NCBI GenBank assembly: GCA_951406725.2
Contig: OX597817.1
Location: 173,414,001 to 173,478,000 of the forward strand
Direction: 5' to 3'
Source of the DNA: Octopus vulgaris
Lineage: Eukaryota
DNA: 64,000 nt
Positions 51,870 through 64,000 of the stretch are shown here, one piece after another. The notes under the pieces were generated by a model that worked only from the letters and a program-made list of their open reading frames with translations, had not been told where the DNA came from and searched no databases. Every line of letters starts with the position of its first letter. Position 1 is the stretch's first letter. The position numbers were made by a program, and so were the translations under genes.

Positions 51870-52892
51870 AAGTAAATGAATTAATAGTGGAATAAATGTA
51901 AATATATTTGGTTGATCAATGATACAATAACTGTTTTGTTTCAATATCTTCTGCTATTTTGTGGGCAGATTCATTATTCTTTGTTCAAAGAATTTACTGT
52001 CTTTACTTGAGCAAAACTTTTCCAGGTGAATTTTTACATCCTCTTCAGGATGTAAAATAAATTTTGAAGAGACAAGGAGAAATCTGAAGGCAAATATGGA
52101 GGAGGGTGTGACAAAACCTCCCAGCTGAGCCCCAGTCATTTCTGTCACGTCTGCAAAGAAGTGTGCAGCCTAGTATTGTTGTAATGAAAGACGATGCCCT
52201 AATAACCAGCAAGTGCTGGCTGTTTCTGGCAGACTGCACTGCTTAATTTGTCCAGCTAGTCACTGTATACACCTGAATTGATGGCCCTGTCTGTGGGAAG
52301 AAGCTAAAAAAAAAACACCTTTCCAATCCCACTAAATTGAAAGCATAACTTTCTTTGGGTGAAGTCCTGCTTCAAGGTTGTTTATGGTGGTTCACTCCAC
52401 TTCCTCCTTGATTGTTTGTGCTTCAAATTGCTATAGACAATCCATTTTCCATCCCCTGTCACCATTCTAGTAGAAAAAAGTATAATTTTCTTCATGTTTC
52501 TGCAACAAATCACAGATGTAGAACCCAAACATCAAGCTTGCTGACATAACCAAGTTGATGCAGATGGTTTTTGGGGATATCATCAGCAATCATCGAGGAT
52601 CATATAATGGGGGTCAATGTCATGGTTAATATCAGTTGACCAGCTAAAGAGAGGTGCATCTTGAACCCAAAATTTTCCCAATCGAATTCTTGAAAACCAC
52701 TCCTGGCACACTCCTAGTTTTCCAATTTCGGGGTGATCCCAAGTGCACAAAATACAAGCTGTCTCATAACAAATTCCTGTCAAACTATGTTGAAGTGTCA
52801 AGTATCTAACAAGCATGCATGCACAGGGCAGAGACTAAAGTGCATGAAGTTTAGTGCCAACAATAACTGAACAAACTTTTTGGCCAACCTAA
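51870..52892 (-). mobile_element. Degenerate mariner
   Basis: Right TIR TTTTTGGCCAACCTAA-TA; remnants CQEWFSR and FFEQRIMNLPTK; left TIR unclear. Confidence 0.7.
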
Positions 52893-53194
52893 TAGAAACA
52901 ATTTTACATTAAACTGATGGAGTACTCAATACTTTTTGTAGAGTACATATTTACTATTCTCTGACAAGAATAGTATTGACAGTGACTTCAAAGTTTTGGC
53001 TTGGTAAACCATCATTGGACTGTTTGATGATGGTTTAGCAAGCTGAAACTTCAAAGTTACTATCAATACTAATCCTGTGAAAGAATAATACGCACATTAG
53101 CACACACACACACACACACACACACACCATCAGTAGTTCATGTATTCAAAAACATAGTTTATATATCCCAAAAACCAGCACCCCTCCAAAGTAT

Positions 53195-53452
53195 TAAAGC
53201 AGTAAAGCTAAGTGTTTTATAGGTGCAAAACCAATCGTCACTCTATGACTGCCCATAACTTTTAACTTCCTGACCATTTTCTTTCTCCGTCTTCCCTTCT
53301 TTGGACTTTTTCTATATTTCTGATGAAGAGCTCTGCTCAAAATGTGAAATCCTCTTTCTTTACTTTCCTTACCTGAGCATCCAACAACACTGTACTTATT
53401 CCACATCCTCACGATGTTGTTTTTTCTTGCTTGTTCATGTTTGGATTGATTA
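53195..53452 (+). mobile_element. Penelope-like terminal fragment with decayed hammerhead motif
   Basis: ATTT-CTGATGA-A-GAGC-TCT-GCTC-AAAA-T-GTG-AAAT at 53316-53350; T-rich tail ending in (TA)n. Confidence 0.55.
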
Positions 53453-53757
53453 TATATATATATAAATACACCCAAGTACCTCAATTTCATCTACTAATTA
53501 CTTCAGTCAACTAGAGGGCTAAAGGTAGAATGAGGTATTTTTGCCTCTTGGCTGAAAGAGCTGAAAGATATTTTCCCAGTTTCTATTCCTGTATGTTATA
53601 TATTTTAATAATTACTGGTATCTTTATAAAGCATAATATGTTATACATGTATGTATATTCTTGAAATTGTCATTTTAGTAAATAAATAAATAAATTGACA
53701 TAATATAACGTCTAAAAGTTGAAGAACCACCTATTGATCCCCTCCATTTTCTTATTG

Positions 53758-53806
<49 letters not shown>

Positions 53807-54640
53807 CAGGCATACCTCACCCTACATCTTTAATTGGTTCCAGGAGACACAACTTAATTTGAAAAATTACTTAAGTCGAATTCATTTGTCTCTATGCTAG
53901 GCTAAATTTACTTGTCTCTAGGCTAAACCGATAATAATCATTCCCAATTCTGTACTTTAATTAGGAATGCATTTTCAATAATACATGGTTAACAAAAGCC
54001 ATCTGGGCTAAAATCTTGTCCTTATTATGTACAATCGTCGATACAGTTGTCCGACTCATCCCAAAAGATCGTGCAATTGCTACCACTTTTTCACCTTTTT
54101 CATGGCGTTTTACTATAGCCAGTTTATTTTCCAGAATTATAGCATGATGCTTGTCACTTTCAAAATGAATTTTCTTAGGATCCCTGGGGGGCAAAAAATA
54201 AAGTCACGATTGAATGAGAATGAGAAAGTAGCTGAATTCAAGACAATTGCAAGAATCATGAGTGACAACGATGGCTAACGGTAGTTATTGGAACTACAGT
54301 GCAATATGAGCTCTGAAAGACCGATAAATAAGACAAAACAGCTGATTTCATGATTTCGTTCACTAAGCTACACTACTTTATGGTGAGTATCTTAACATTT
54401 ACAGTATGCATTTTAATATGATTTTATATGCATTTATTCTTATTTATTTTACAGTAACATGATTCTATGTGCTTTTAAAGGTTTTCTAGTGATTTTACAA
54501 TTCCAGTATTTGTGGCAGACAGATGTAAAGCTGAGTAAAATGACTTAACTTGATTGTCATTTTTCCATATATTATATTTGAAAACCGATGTATAATTGAC
54601 AACAACTTAAATTGAAATGACTTAAGTCGAGGTATGCCTG
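53807..54640 (-). mobile_element. Tigger/pogo-like non-autonomous element
   Basis: TA-CAGGCATACCTC...GAGGTATGCCTG-TA; ORF 53961-54194 is a CENP-B-type HTH (KLAIVKRHEKGEKVVAIARSFGMSRTTVSTI). Confidence 0.88.
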
Positions 54641-54679
54641 TACATATACATCACTTCAGGTCATTTCCTCATGTTAATC

Positions 54680-54855
54680 CCTACACATTTTGTCTCTCTT
54701 CATTTTTTACCTCTCAATCCTTTCTGTCAAAGCGCTTAAGCTTGAAACATTTAAGACTTTTCCATTCTTCCCAAGTGTCAAAGTTATATACCTGTTTGCT
54801 GTTCCTTCACCAGTCTTCGTCTTTTGTTTTCTGTAAATTTGAACTATATATATAT
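54680..54855 (+). mobile_element. Penelope-like terminal fragment with decayed hammerhead motif
   Basis: CTTT-CTGTCAA-A-GCGC-TTAA-GCTT-GAAAC-ATT-TAAG at 54720-54755; tail organised like that of 53195-53452. Confidence 0.45.
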
Positions 54856-54856
54856 G

Positions 54857-55300
54857 TCATCATCATCGTATAATGTCCGCTTTCTCAGTTTGGCTGAGGA
54901 CTGGCAAGCCAGGAGGCTGGACCAGACTCCAAACTGATCTGGTAAAGTTTCTACAGCTGGATGCCCTTCCTAATGCCAATGACTCCGAGACTGTAGCAGG
55001 TGCTTTTTACATTCCACCGGCATGGGGGCTAGTCAGGTGGCACTGGCATCAACCACACCCAAATGGTGCTTTTTACATGCCACCAGCATGGGAGGCAGTC
55101 AGGCAACACTGGTGTCAACCACGCTCGAATGGTGCTTTTTAAGTGCCACCAGTACAGGAGCCAGTCAAGCAGCACTGACATCGACCACGCTCGAATGGAG
55201 CTTTTTACATGGCGCCAGCGCGGGAGCCAGTCAGGCGGCACTGGCATCAGCCATGACTACAATTTCACTTGGCTCAACAGGTCTTCTCAAGCAGAGCATA
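54857..55300 (-). mobile_element. RTE-related retroposon end with 4 x 66-bp internal repeat
   Basis: Units begin GG(T/A)GCTTTTTA at 54999, 55065, 55131 and 55197; (GAT)n tail. Confidence 0.7.
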
Positions 55301-55829
55301 ACTAATTTCTGTACAGTTTCCATCTGCTTATTTTCTATGATAGAAATACTGAGACATCTATTTTCTATATTCTTAATGTGCTTATACTGCATGGAATCCA
55401 TCTGTTTGGTAGGGTATATTATTTCATCTTATCATGACAAAATTCAGTATCATATCTCATTTATTTATTAATTTGTACTATTGCAATAATGATTTTTATC
55501 AAATAAATTCAGTGACCATATCAATATCATTTGCTGAAATAGTGTTATTGCTGCCTCTTCTCTCTCTTATCTCTCTCTCTCTTTCTCCTCCCCCCTCTCT
55601 CTCTCTCTTCTTCTCTCTCTCTGACAAAATTTGAGCCTTTCTATATTCTTGTTTCTGTTTCACAGCAAAATTTCTTAATCATCCAATGACTTCTGTCTGA
55701 TTACAAATGTACAATTCTCAGTTTGTTGCCATTTGAAGATGAACTATAAATAAATTATGTGAGCTGAATGTCAAGGATTGCTAAGCTTGTTCAATAGTGA
55801 TTGAACATACATACATATATATGTACGTA

Positions 55830-55835
55830 TATCTG

Positions 55836-55866
<31 letters not shown>

Positions 55867-55867
55867 C

Positions 55868-55954
<87 letters not shown>

Positions 55955-56061
55955 GTCTATCTATATACATACATACATACATATATACATATGTATATGT
56001 GTATATATGTATGTATGCCAGCATGGAAAACGGACGTTAAACGATGATGATGATGATGACG

Positions 56062-56144
<83 letters not shown>

Positions 56145-56250
56145 GATGTATGTACATGTACGTATGTATATATGCATATATATTTATATATATATATGTA
56201 TATGTATGTGTAAATATATATCTACTTATATATATACATATATATATATG

Positions 56251-56289
<39 letters not shown>

Positions 56290-56290
56290 T
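55830..56290. repeat. (TCTA)n, (TA)n and (TG)n microsatellite cluster with a short retroposon tail
   Basis: Directly visible; tail GCATGGAAAACGGACGTTAAAC(GAT)n at about 56020-56060. Confidence 0.9.
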
Positions 56291-56328
56291 TAAAAAGGAG
56301 ATGTGGAACACGAGTTGTGATATATAAA

Positions 56329-57465
56329 AAAGGAAATGAAGAAAATGCTGACAAAATAATTTAAGTAAGGGAGAGTGTATTTAATTAGGTGGAAGTTCTT
56401 TTTACCGGTTGCGCATTTGTTATGCTTATCAAAAGATATTTTTTCTCATACCCAGCGAATAACCATGGAATCCCACCTTATTAATAAATACAGACCACTT
56501 CTAAACACATCCCCCTAACACGAACCCACGACAAACACACTTACACCTGCACACACCCTACACACACTTTTACCCAGATATTAACACCATGACACATGCA
56601 AATATATGGTTCCACACATACACATAATTTGATACGGGTGCAAAACATCCAACACTATTTTTTGGAAATGACTGTAAATATTGACTTCACACAAACACGT
56701 TGCTTCCCGATACAGGCACAAGGCCAGCAGAACTATAAATATTGAAAATTGTACCCACACACGCACACATATATACACGCGCGCGCGCGCCCCAACATAC
56801 ATATAAACACACACACGCACGCACGCACACATACATACATATAGCTCTTCCTGTCCTAAACGAACTTACTTATCCAGCTGAAATTCAGTCAAGCAGAAAA
56901 TACACTCCTTAACTACATGCTAAAAAGCTATTTAAAATATCCACATGACGTCTACTGACTAGCCTGAACAATAAGAATTTTCGAAAACTCCATACACCAC
57001 CCACACCAATATTCATTCTAAACATTCATGTGACCTCTCTATTATGACCACATCCACGTGACCTCTTTATTATGACCAATAAGAAATTTTAGGCGCGACA
57101 CTAGCCAAATTTTAACATCTCTGGAGCCTATTTTCTTACCCCAACACCAACTTCCATTCAAACATTCACGTGACCCCTTTATAATGACCAATCAAAATTG
57201 TATTGACCATTGTCCACAAGAAATTTTAGGCGCGAAACCAAGCAAATCTTTAACAACTCTGGAGCCTCTTTTTTCACATATAAGAGACAGCAAGCCCAGC
57301 ATAAAGTCAGATAAGAGAAAAAAATCTATCAGAAAGGAACTCTATCTCTCTTAAAAAAATATCTTTTGATAAGCATAACAAATGCGCAACCAGTAAAAAG
57401 AACTTTCACCTAATTAAATACACTCTCCCTTACTTAAATTATTTTGTCAGCATTTTCTTCATTTC

Positions 57466-57469
<4 letters not shown>
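56329..57469. mobile_element. 1.14-kb element with 116-bp inverted arms, probably a Penelope-like inverted terminus
   Basis: 56329-56444 is the reverse complement of 57354-57469 with 2 mismatches; the arms contain a hammerhead-like motif; flanked by TA repeats. Confidence 0.65.
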
Positions 57470-57513
<44 letters not shown>

Positions 57514-57756
57514 ACTACAAAATTAGAAAAGGGAGAAACATACTTAAATCAATAAAACATCAACTAACAGATGATACCCAATCAATACTTTATTACACCA
57601 TTACATAACAGTAAAGGCATTATACAAAATATATAGTAAATATAAATAGACAAGGAAATAGAAATGTAAAATATAAAATATAATATGTAATTATATCAAT
57701 ATATTGGATATATGTTATCCCATGGTGGGCTGAATTTTTCAACCCCTATCTCATTT

Positions 57757-57792
<36 letters not shown>

Positions 57793-58265
57793 ATATATAT
57801 CAATATATAGGCATAGACATGGCTGTCTAGTTTAGAAGCTTGCATCTCAAGAAAGATGAAACATTCTGTTGTTCTTGTGAGGCACTGCAACTATGATGTT
57901 CCTCTCAGTCTTGATATATATTGTATTTTTTAACACAAGTCTATGAAGAGATTTTATCTCAGACAATCCCACAGCTTCATGCCTTCAAATGGAGTATATA
58001 CATTTAGTGTGATAGACCGATGGTGATATTTTGAATCTTTCCAATCATATCTGATTTTATCTACAACTTGTTTTTTTATATGTTTCCTATAAAACCCATC
58101 AATCTATCACATCATTTACTTTTTACTTATATATGTGTATATATATATGTATGTATATATATGTATATATATATATTCATGTATATATATGTATATATAT
58201 TTATGTATGCATTTATATCTATATGTATGTGTGTAAATATATATATTTACACACATACATATACA

Positions 58266-58670
58266 GGCGCAGGCGTGGCTGTGTGGTAAGTAACTTGCTA
58301 ACCAACCACATGGTTCCAGGTACAGTCCCACTGCGAGGCATCTTGGGCAAGTGTCTTCAGCTATAGCCCCGGGCCGACCAATGCCTTGTGAGTGGATTTG
58401 GTAGACGGAAACTGAAAGAAGCCTGTCGTATATATGTATATATATGTGTGTATGTGTTTGTGTGTCTGTGTTTGTCCCCCTAGCATTGCTTGACAACCGA
58501 TGCTGGTGTGTTTACGTCCCCGTCACTTAGCGGTTCGGCAAAGGAGACCGATAGAATAAGTACTGGGCTTACAAAGAATAAGACCCGGGGTTGATTTGCT
58601 CGACTAAAGGCGGTACTCCAGCATGGCCGCAGTCAAATGACTGAAACAAGTAAAAGAGAGTAAAAGAGAG
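58266..58670 (+). mobile_element. Full-length tRNA-derived CORE-like SINE
   Basis: Head GGCGCAGGCGTGGCTGTGTGGTAAG, CTTGGGCAAGTGTCTT, internal TA/TG repeat, GTAAAAGAGA tail repeats; CpGs retained. Confidence 0.9.
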
Positions 58671-58827
58671 AAATGTATATATATATATATGTATATATAT
58701 GTGCCTATATATATATATATGTATATATAGATATATATGTACGTATATATATATATATATATATATAAAATTAGAAAAAAAACACCTTTTATCAATTCAA
58801 AATGAACAATTAAATTACACCATCCAG

Positions 58828-58994
58828 AAAATTACATATAATAGAAATATTAACATTAAAATAACAATAAAATGTCAAAGATTAAGTAAATTGTAAAAAA
58901 ATAATAATGTTATTATTATTATTTTTAGCAGTTTACTTAATCTTTGACATTTTATTGTTATTTTAATGTTAATATTTCTATTATATGTAATTTT
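58828..58994. repeat. AT-rich palindrome with perfect 63-bp arms
   Basis: 58828-58890 is the exact reverse complement of 58932-58994; the spacer is also partly self-complementary. Confidence 0.92.
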
Positions 58995-59105
58995 TGTTTT
59001 ATTTTGGGGTGCATAAACAAAAATATTTGCTTTCGCTCCCACATGTGATGCTCCTACATAAAGCTGGCCATGAGAAAAGCATGGTTCTTGAAGTGCAATC
59101 CAGCA
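58995..59105 (-). pseudogene. Helitron helicase C-terminal fragment
   Basis: IALQEPCFSHGQLYVGASHVGAKANIFVYAPQNKTK. Confidence 0.75.
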
Positions 59106-60530
59106 ATTCTCTCTCACACACTGTCTTGCAACACAAAACATTTCAAGTCTTTGGCCCTCACGACACAGAACATTGGCAAATTTTTTCTTATCTGCTTCCC
59201 TTCTGGCAATCTGGTACAATTCCTTGTTACCGCCGTTTTGCCAGTTCTTCCATGCCTGTTTCTTTTCCTTAATGGCTCTTTCAACTACATTGTTCCACCA
59301 CCACGTTACCTTTGGTTCAGAGGGGACTTTGCACCATCCACAGATCTGGTCAGTGGCCCTCAACAGGTTGTCCTGTAGAAACCTCCAGTTGTTTTCCACA
59401 TCATGTGATGCTATATCCCTCTCTATTTTGTCAAAAACTCTAAGTAATACATCTCTAAATCTCTGTCCATTCGCAGGATCCTTAAGCTTCCAAACCCTTC
59501 TTCTCTATGCTGGCTGTCTTCTTGGCATCCATTTAACCCTGATCCTGAAGTCACTAACTACTAATCTATGTTGTGGGGTATATTCTTCACCTGGGAAGGT
59601 TTTGGCATTTATAAGTAGCCATCTTTCCCATTTTCTGGCAAGGATGTAATCAATCTGACTAGTGTGTCTGCCAGATCGGTAGGTGAATAGGTGGCTGGCA
59701 AGTTTCCTGAAGTTGGTATTACAAACCATAAGATCATTTGAATCGCAGAGTTCCAGCAGCCTGGTTCCCTCCTCATTGCGGGAACCAAAACCATAGCCTC
59801 CATGTGCACCATGGAAGCCCCCTGCATGTTATCCAACATGTCCATTGAAGTCACCAGCTACAAAGAGAAGCTCCCTGTCATTCGTCAACAAGGTAGTCTG
59901 CAAGAGGCTTTCATAAAATCAGCCTTTCTGTTCATCAGGTAACCTCAGTTGAGGGACATAGGCCGAGATAATGGTTGCTAAACCATGTTGCAGCACTAAG
60001 CTAATCTTAAGTGTTCTATCATAGATTCTGACTACCTCAATTACCTTATCAACCCACTCCTCCGCAAGAAGTATACCCATGCCCCCGACCCTATCAGTGT
60101 TCCCTGCCCAGAAAATCTTATACCTATGTTCTTTGCCTGTGAGGAACCTGGATGCAGCACAAATCTATACATCTCCGTTCAAGCATCTCAACAATCTCAC
60201 CAGACCTACCTTTCAGTGTGCCAACCCTGAGGGTGTGAGAGGTGTGCACCCGTGAGACCCTGGGATGGGGAAAAGCAGCACCATGTACCTGAAAAGAAAG
60301 CTCACATTTGGCAGGACTCATAAACATACAATAGCCTTCAACCTGCATACACTATACTATCAGTTTTTGTCCACTACATAATCACTGCATTTCATAGGAA
60401 ATAAACCCTAAGTGGGGATGGAGGGAACATCAAGCCTTTGTGGGTGTTCATGGAAGAGACATCCGATGATAGAGGTCAGAGGATAGAGACTTCTGGTACA
60501 GATGGCGAGGGTGGAAAGAAGAAGGACACC
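59106..60530 (-). mobile_element. RTE-clade LINE, 5' part (endonuclease region), 3'-truncated
   Basis: VGTLKGRSGEIVEMLERRCIDLCCIQ, GDFNGHVG, NTNFRK..TYRSG..SQIDYIL, QHRLVVSD and TWWWN; frameshifted. Confidence 0.9.
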
Positions 60531-60531
60531 C

Positions 60532-60575
<44 letters not shown>

Positions 60576-61805
60576 GTGTGTGTGGGTGTTTGAATGTGTC
60601 TGTCACCACACTACTACTTGAGATCTGGTGTTGGTTCATTTATGTCCCTATAACTTAGAAGTTTGGCAAAAGAGACAGATAGAATAAATACCTGGATTGA
60701 CAAGATTAAGTATTGGAGCTGATTCATTAACTTAAAATTCTTCTTTAATGACTGAAACAAGCAAAAGCTAAAAACAAAAGATAATACAATTCTATCTTTC
60801 CGAGATGAGGTATTATATTATATATACTATTTACATTAGTATACAGCAGCCAAAACATAGTGAAAGCAACAATCAAGATGAAGACACCAGTTCAACTAAT
60901 ACTAACCATTTACATATAACTGACTAATTTCTCTCTTACATCCAAATGTTACAGCAATTTTATTTCAAATATTCTAGATTGAATTTCATTTTCAGATTCC
61001 TCAGGTGAATTCCCTATGGTAAAAACAGTAAAAAGCTTTTCCTTAATATTTTCTTTGATGCAAGAAGTTCATATTCTGCATTTTCTATCTCTGCTGGAAT
61101 ACGTCCATGTCGTGGAGAAAAGATTGAATGCATTCATTGTCTATTTATTTATAGTATCACTTGTTTTAAAATACTTGCTGCAAAGATTTCTCTCCCTTAG
61201 ACATCACAGAGTCAGGCATCGTAGAGCTGTGTGCTTTATTCATTAACACCAATCAAAATGTACAAATACATCAGACATATTATACAGGAAATTAGTGCAA
61301 AAGAAAAAACAAATTATTGATCCTAAAAGCTGTTTTCTTCTTTCTTTCCTTGCTTTTTTTTTATATATATTTGTTGGACTGATGACTACATGCACTGACA
61401 TTCAGATCTTACTACTATCATTATATTTTTTCTCTGAGCAAGGCACCTAACCCTCTTTTTTATTAATGGCTTAGTCAGAGGAGGAGGGGAAGCATCTATG
61501 ACCTTTACAAGGCCTCTAAGACTGGGGTAGGGGAATCGAGGAAGAAACCATGACTCATTGTTACTGCAGTAAAATGTGATGCATTGAGTTACCAAGTGAT
61601 TCTCTGACGGATGACCTGGTCCAGATACTTGTGACAAAAATGGATTCTACTAAAATGCACTCAGAGATCAAGAAATGGTGTTAGATTGGAGAATGGATGA
61701 AGCTGAGTCAAACCAGACAAGCTTCCACCAAATTCCATTTGCAAGGCTTGCATTAACCTGAGACTAAGGCTGAACATACTTGCCTAAGAAAACACTCAGT
61801 GGAAT

Positions 61806-61863
61806 CGTCATCATTGTCATCATCATCATCATCATCTTCATCATCATCACCACCACCATCACC

Positions 61864-61930
<67 letters not shown>

Positions 61931-61935
61931 CCACC

Positions 61936-62002
<67 letters not shown>

Positions 62003-62013
62003 CCACCACCACC

Positions 62014-62088
<75 letters not shown>

Positions 62089-62109
62089 TTCATCATCATC
62101 ACCACCACC

Positions 62110-62143
<34 letters not shown>

Positions 62144-62213
62144 CCACCACCATCATCATCATCATCATCATCGTCATCACCACCACCATCACCATCACCA
62201 CCATCATCATCAT
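61806..62213. repeat. Compound (CAT)n/(CAC)n microsatellite forming the tail of a minus-strand retroposon (to about 62430)
   Basis: Directly followed by TTAATGTCCATTTTCTATGCTGGCAT, the family's 3'-end motif. Confidence 0.9.
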
Positions 62214-63054
62214 TTAATGTCCATTTTCTATGCTGGCATTGGTTGGATGATTTGACCAGAGCTGGCCAGCCAGGGAGCTGTCCAGACTCCGATTCTCTGT
62301 TGTAGCATGGTTTCTACCATTGGCTGCCCTTCCCAACACCAAACACTTTACAAAGTGTTCTGGGTGCTTTCTACATGCCACCAGCATTGGCACAAGGGCA
62401 TTCTATGTGGCGCTGGCACCTGCAAAGGACAGGCCTGTATGAGAGGACAATCTTGTATGTCAAATATCAAATATCAACCTACATTACTATGAAGTAAACT
62501 TTCCAACCATGTAGCCAAGCCTGTACCTGTTGACCCCATTTTACCTGAGTGAATAGCAAATAGATTTTACTCTTTCACAATTGTTTAGCTTCAGGCTGAT
62601 CTTGTTTGAAGTGAGCTATGATCAAAAGCATTCCAGTCTTGATCATCCCATCTTTTTCCTGTGCAAAGGGAACTCAGGATCACATTATATAGCATCTTTG
62701 TTTCTGTTTTATTCTTATACAGTATGGAGTGATTTAAAAGAGATTTGGTTGCTGTTTCTAACTGGTTAATCAACCACATAGAAGCTTCCTAGTTTCTTAT
62801 GGTTGAGTTGTTAGCAGTATGAAGGATAACAAGCCTTCCAACCTAGGGTTTATTTATTGAAGCACTAATCAGGAAAGAAACTATGTAAAAACTATTCTTT
62901 TTATTATAAAATTTATCATAGTTCTAATCCGAGAGTAGGAAATTTAAACTGGGAAAAAAATAAAACTTTGTTTATTGTTATATACTTTAGTGTTTCTCGA
63001 TTTATCATCAATGGACTTAAAGTAGGGGGAAAAAGAATTATGGAAAATTCCTTG

Positions 63055-63203
63055 TCGTTGTATGGTAAGAAGTTTGCTTCCCAACCATATGGTTCCAGGT
63101 TCAGTCCTTCAGCGAGAAACCTTGAGCAAGTGTCTTTTGTTATAACCTTGAGATGACCAAAACTTTATGAGTAGATTTAGTTGATGGAAACTGAAAGAAA
63201 CTG

Positions 63204-63236
<33 letters not shown>

Positions 63237-63450
63237 CTACCACACCGCAACATAACAACTTGTGTAGATTTGTTTACATTCCTGTGACTTAGCAATTTAG
63301 CAAAAGAGACTGATAGAATAAGTACCAGGTTTAAAAAAAAACAAAAGCAAGTACTGTGGTCAATCCATTTGACTGAAAATTCTTCAAGGTGGTGCCCCAG
63401 CATGGCCACAGTCTAATGACTGAAACAGGTACAAGCCAGAAGATAAAAGA
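63055..63450 (+). mobile_element. CORE-like SINE
   Basis: Diverged match to 58266-58670. Confidence 0.8.
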
Positions 63451-63564
63451 TATTTCCTTATATTTATAAATTACTTGATTATCTCTTTTCAGAGACTGAT
63501 GGGACGCATACATCCCATGAATCTAACCTAAAAACTTAGTGAGAGAAACATGCCTCCTAAAAGC

Positions 63565-63995
63565 CATTGTGGTTAAGAAAATCGCTTTGCAACCATGTAG
63601 TTTCGGGTTCAGTCCCACTGTGTGACACCTTGGGCAATGCCATCTACTATAGCCCTGGACTGACCAATGCCTTGTGAATGAATTTGGTAGATGGAAACTG
63701 TGTGGAAGCTCATCATATGTATGTATGCATGTGTGAATGTGTGAATGTGTATGGATGTATGCATGTGCAAGTATGTATGTGTGTGTGACGTACGTATGTA
63801 TTTATGTACATATGTAGGTATATATGTATGTAAAGCGTGTGTGATGTATTTGTTGCATGTATGCACGTGTATGTGTGTATATTTGTATTTGCATACTTTC
63901 CACCACTGCTTGACAACCAGTGTTGGTTTGTTTATGTCCCTGTAACTTAGCAATTCAGCAAAAGATACCAATGGAATAAATACCAGACTTCAAAA
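63565..63995 (+). mobile_element. CORE-like SINE reaching the window edge
   Basis: Diverged match to 58266-58670. Confidence 0.8.
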
Positions 63996-64000
63996 TATAT

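Noticed and set aside
58875-59399. 174-aa ORF as a host gene
   Set aside because: A mosaic of RTE, Helitron and palindrome sequence.
60940-61246. Coding-looking stretch with a plus-strand acceptor and a 76-aa ORF
   Set aside because: No recognisable homology on either strand, and I could not link it to other exons.
61764-62305. Poly-Met/Val, Ile/Thr and Ser/Pro ORFs
   Set aside because: Translations of the CAT/CAC repeat.

Overview
AT-rich, repeat-dense animal genomic DNA, very probably an octopus (inferred from the tRNA-derived SINE families, RTE/CR1 LINEs and long TA/CA microsatellites). Almost all ORFs in the supplied track are microsatellite artefacts or transposon remnants. The only host gene I can support is the first coding exon of a VAMP-associated protein (VAP) gene on the minus strand (31709-31766, MAKNLQVLILEPDNELRFR-G, then GTAAG). 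It lies in a CpG-retaining promoter zone, and I found no exon 2, so bases 1-31708 appear to be one long first intron. The rest is mobile DNA: a Chapaev3 element, several mariner, Tigger and hAT elements, Helitrons (including a head-to-tail pair), CR1 and RTE LINE fragments, SINEs, and Penelope-like termini with hammerhead ribozyme (HHR)-like motifs. The best leads are a polypyrimidine-AG|GTAAGT recursive-splice-site candidate and a possible poison exon in the VAP intron; a 1.14 kb element whose inverted arms both carry a variant hammerhead core (U3-A8) downstream of a compact Pol II promoter; a LINE 3' end repeated four times beside the VAP promoter; and several fold-back structures. All calls were made by eye, without database searches.
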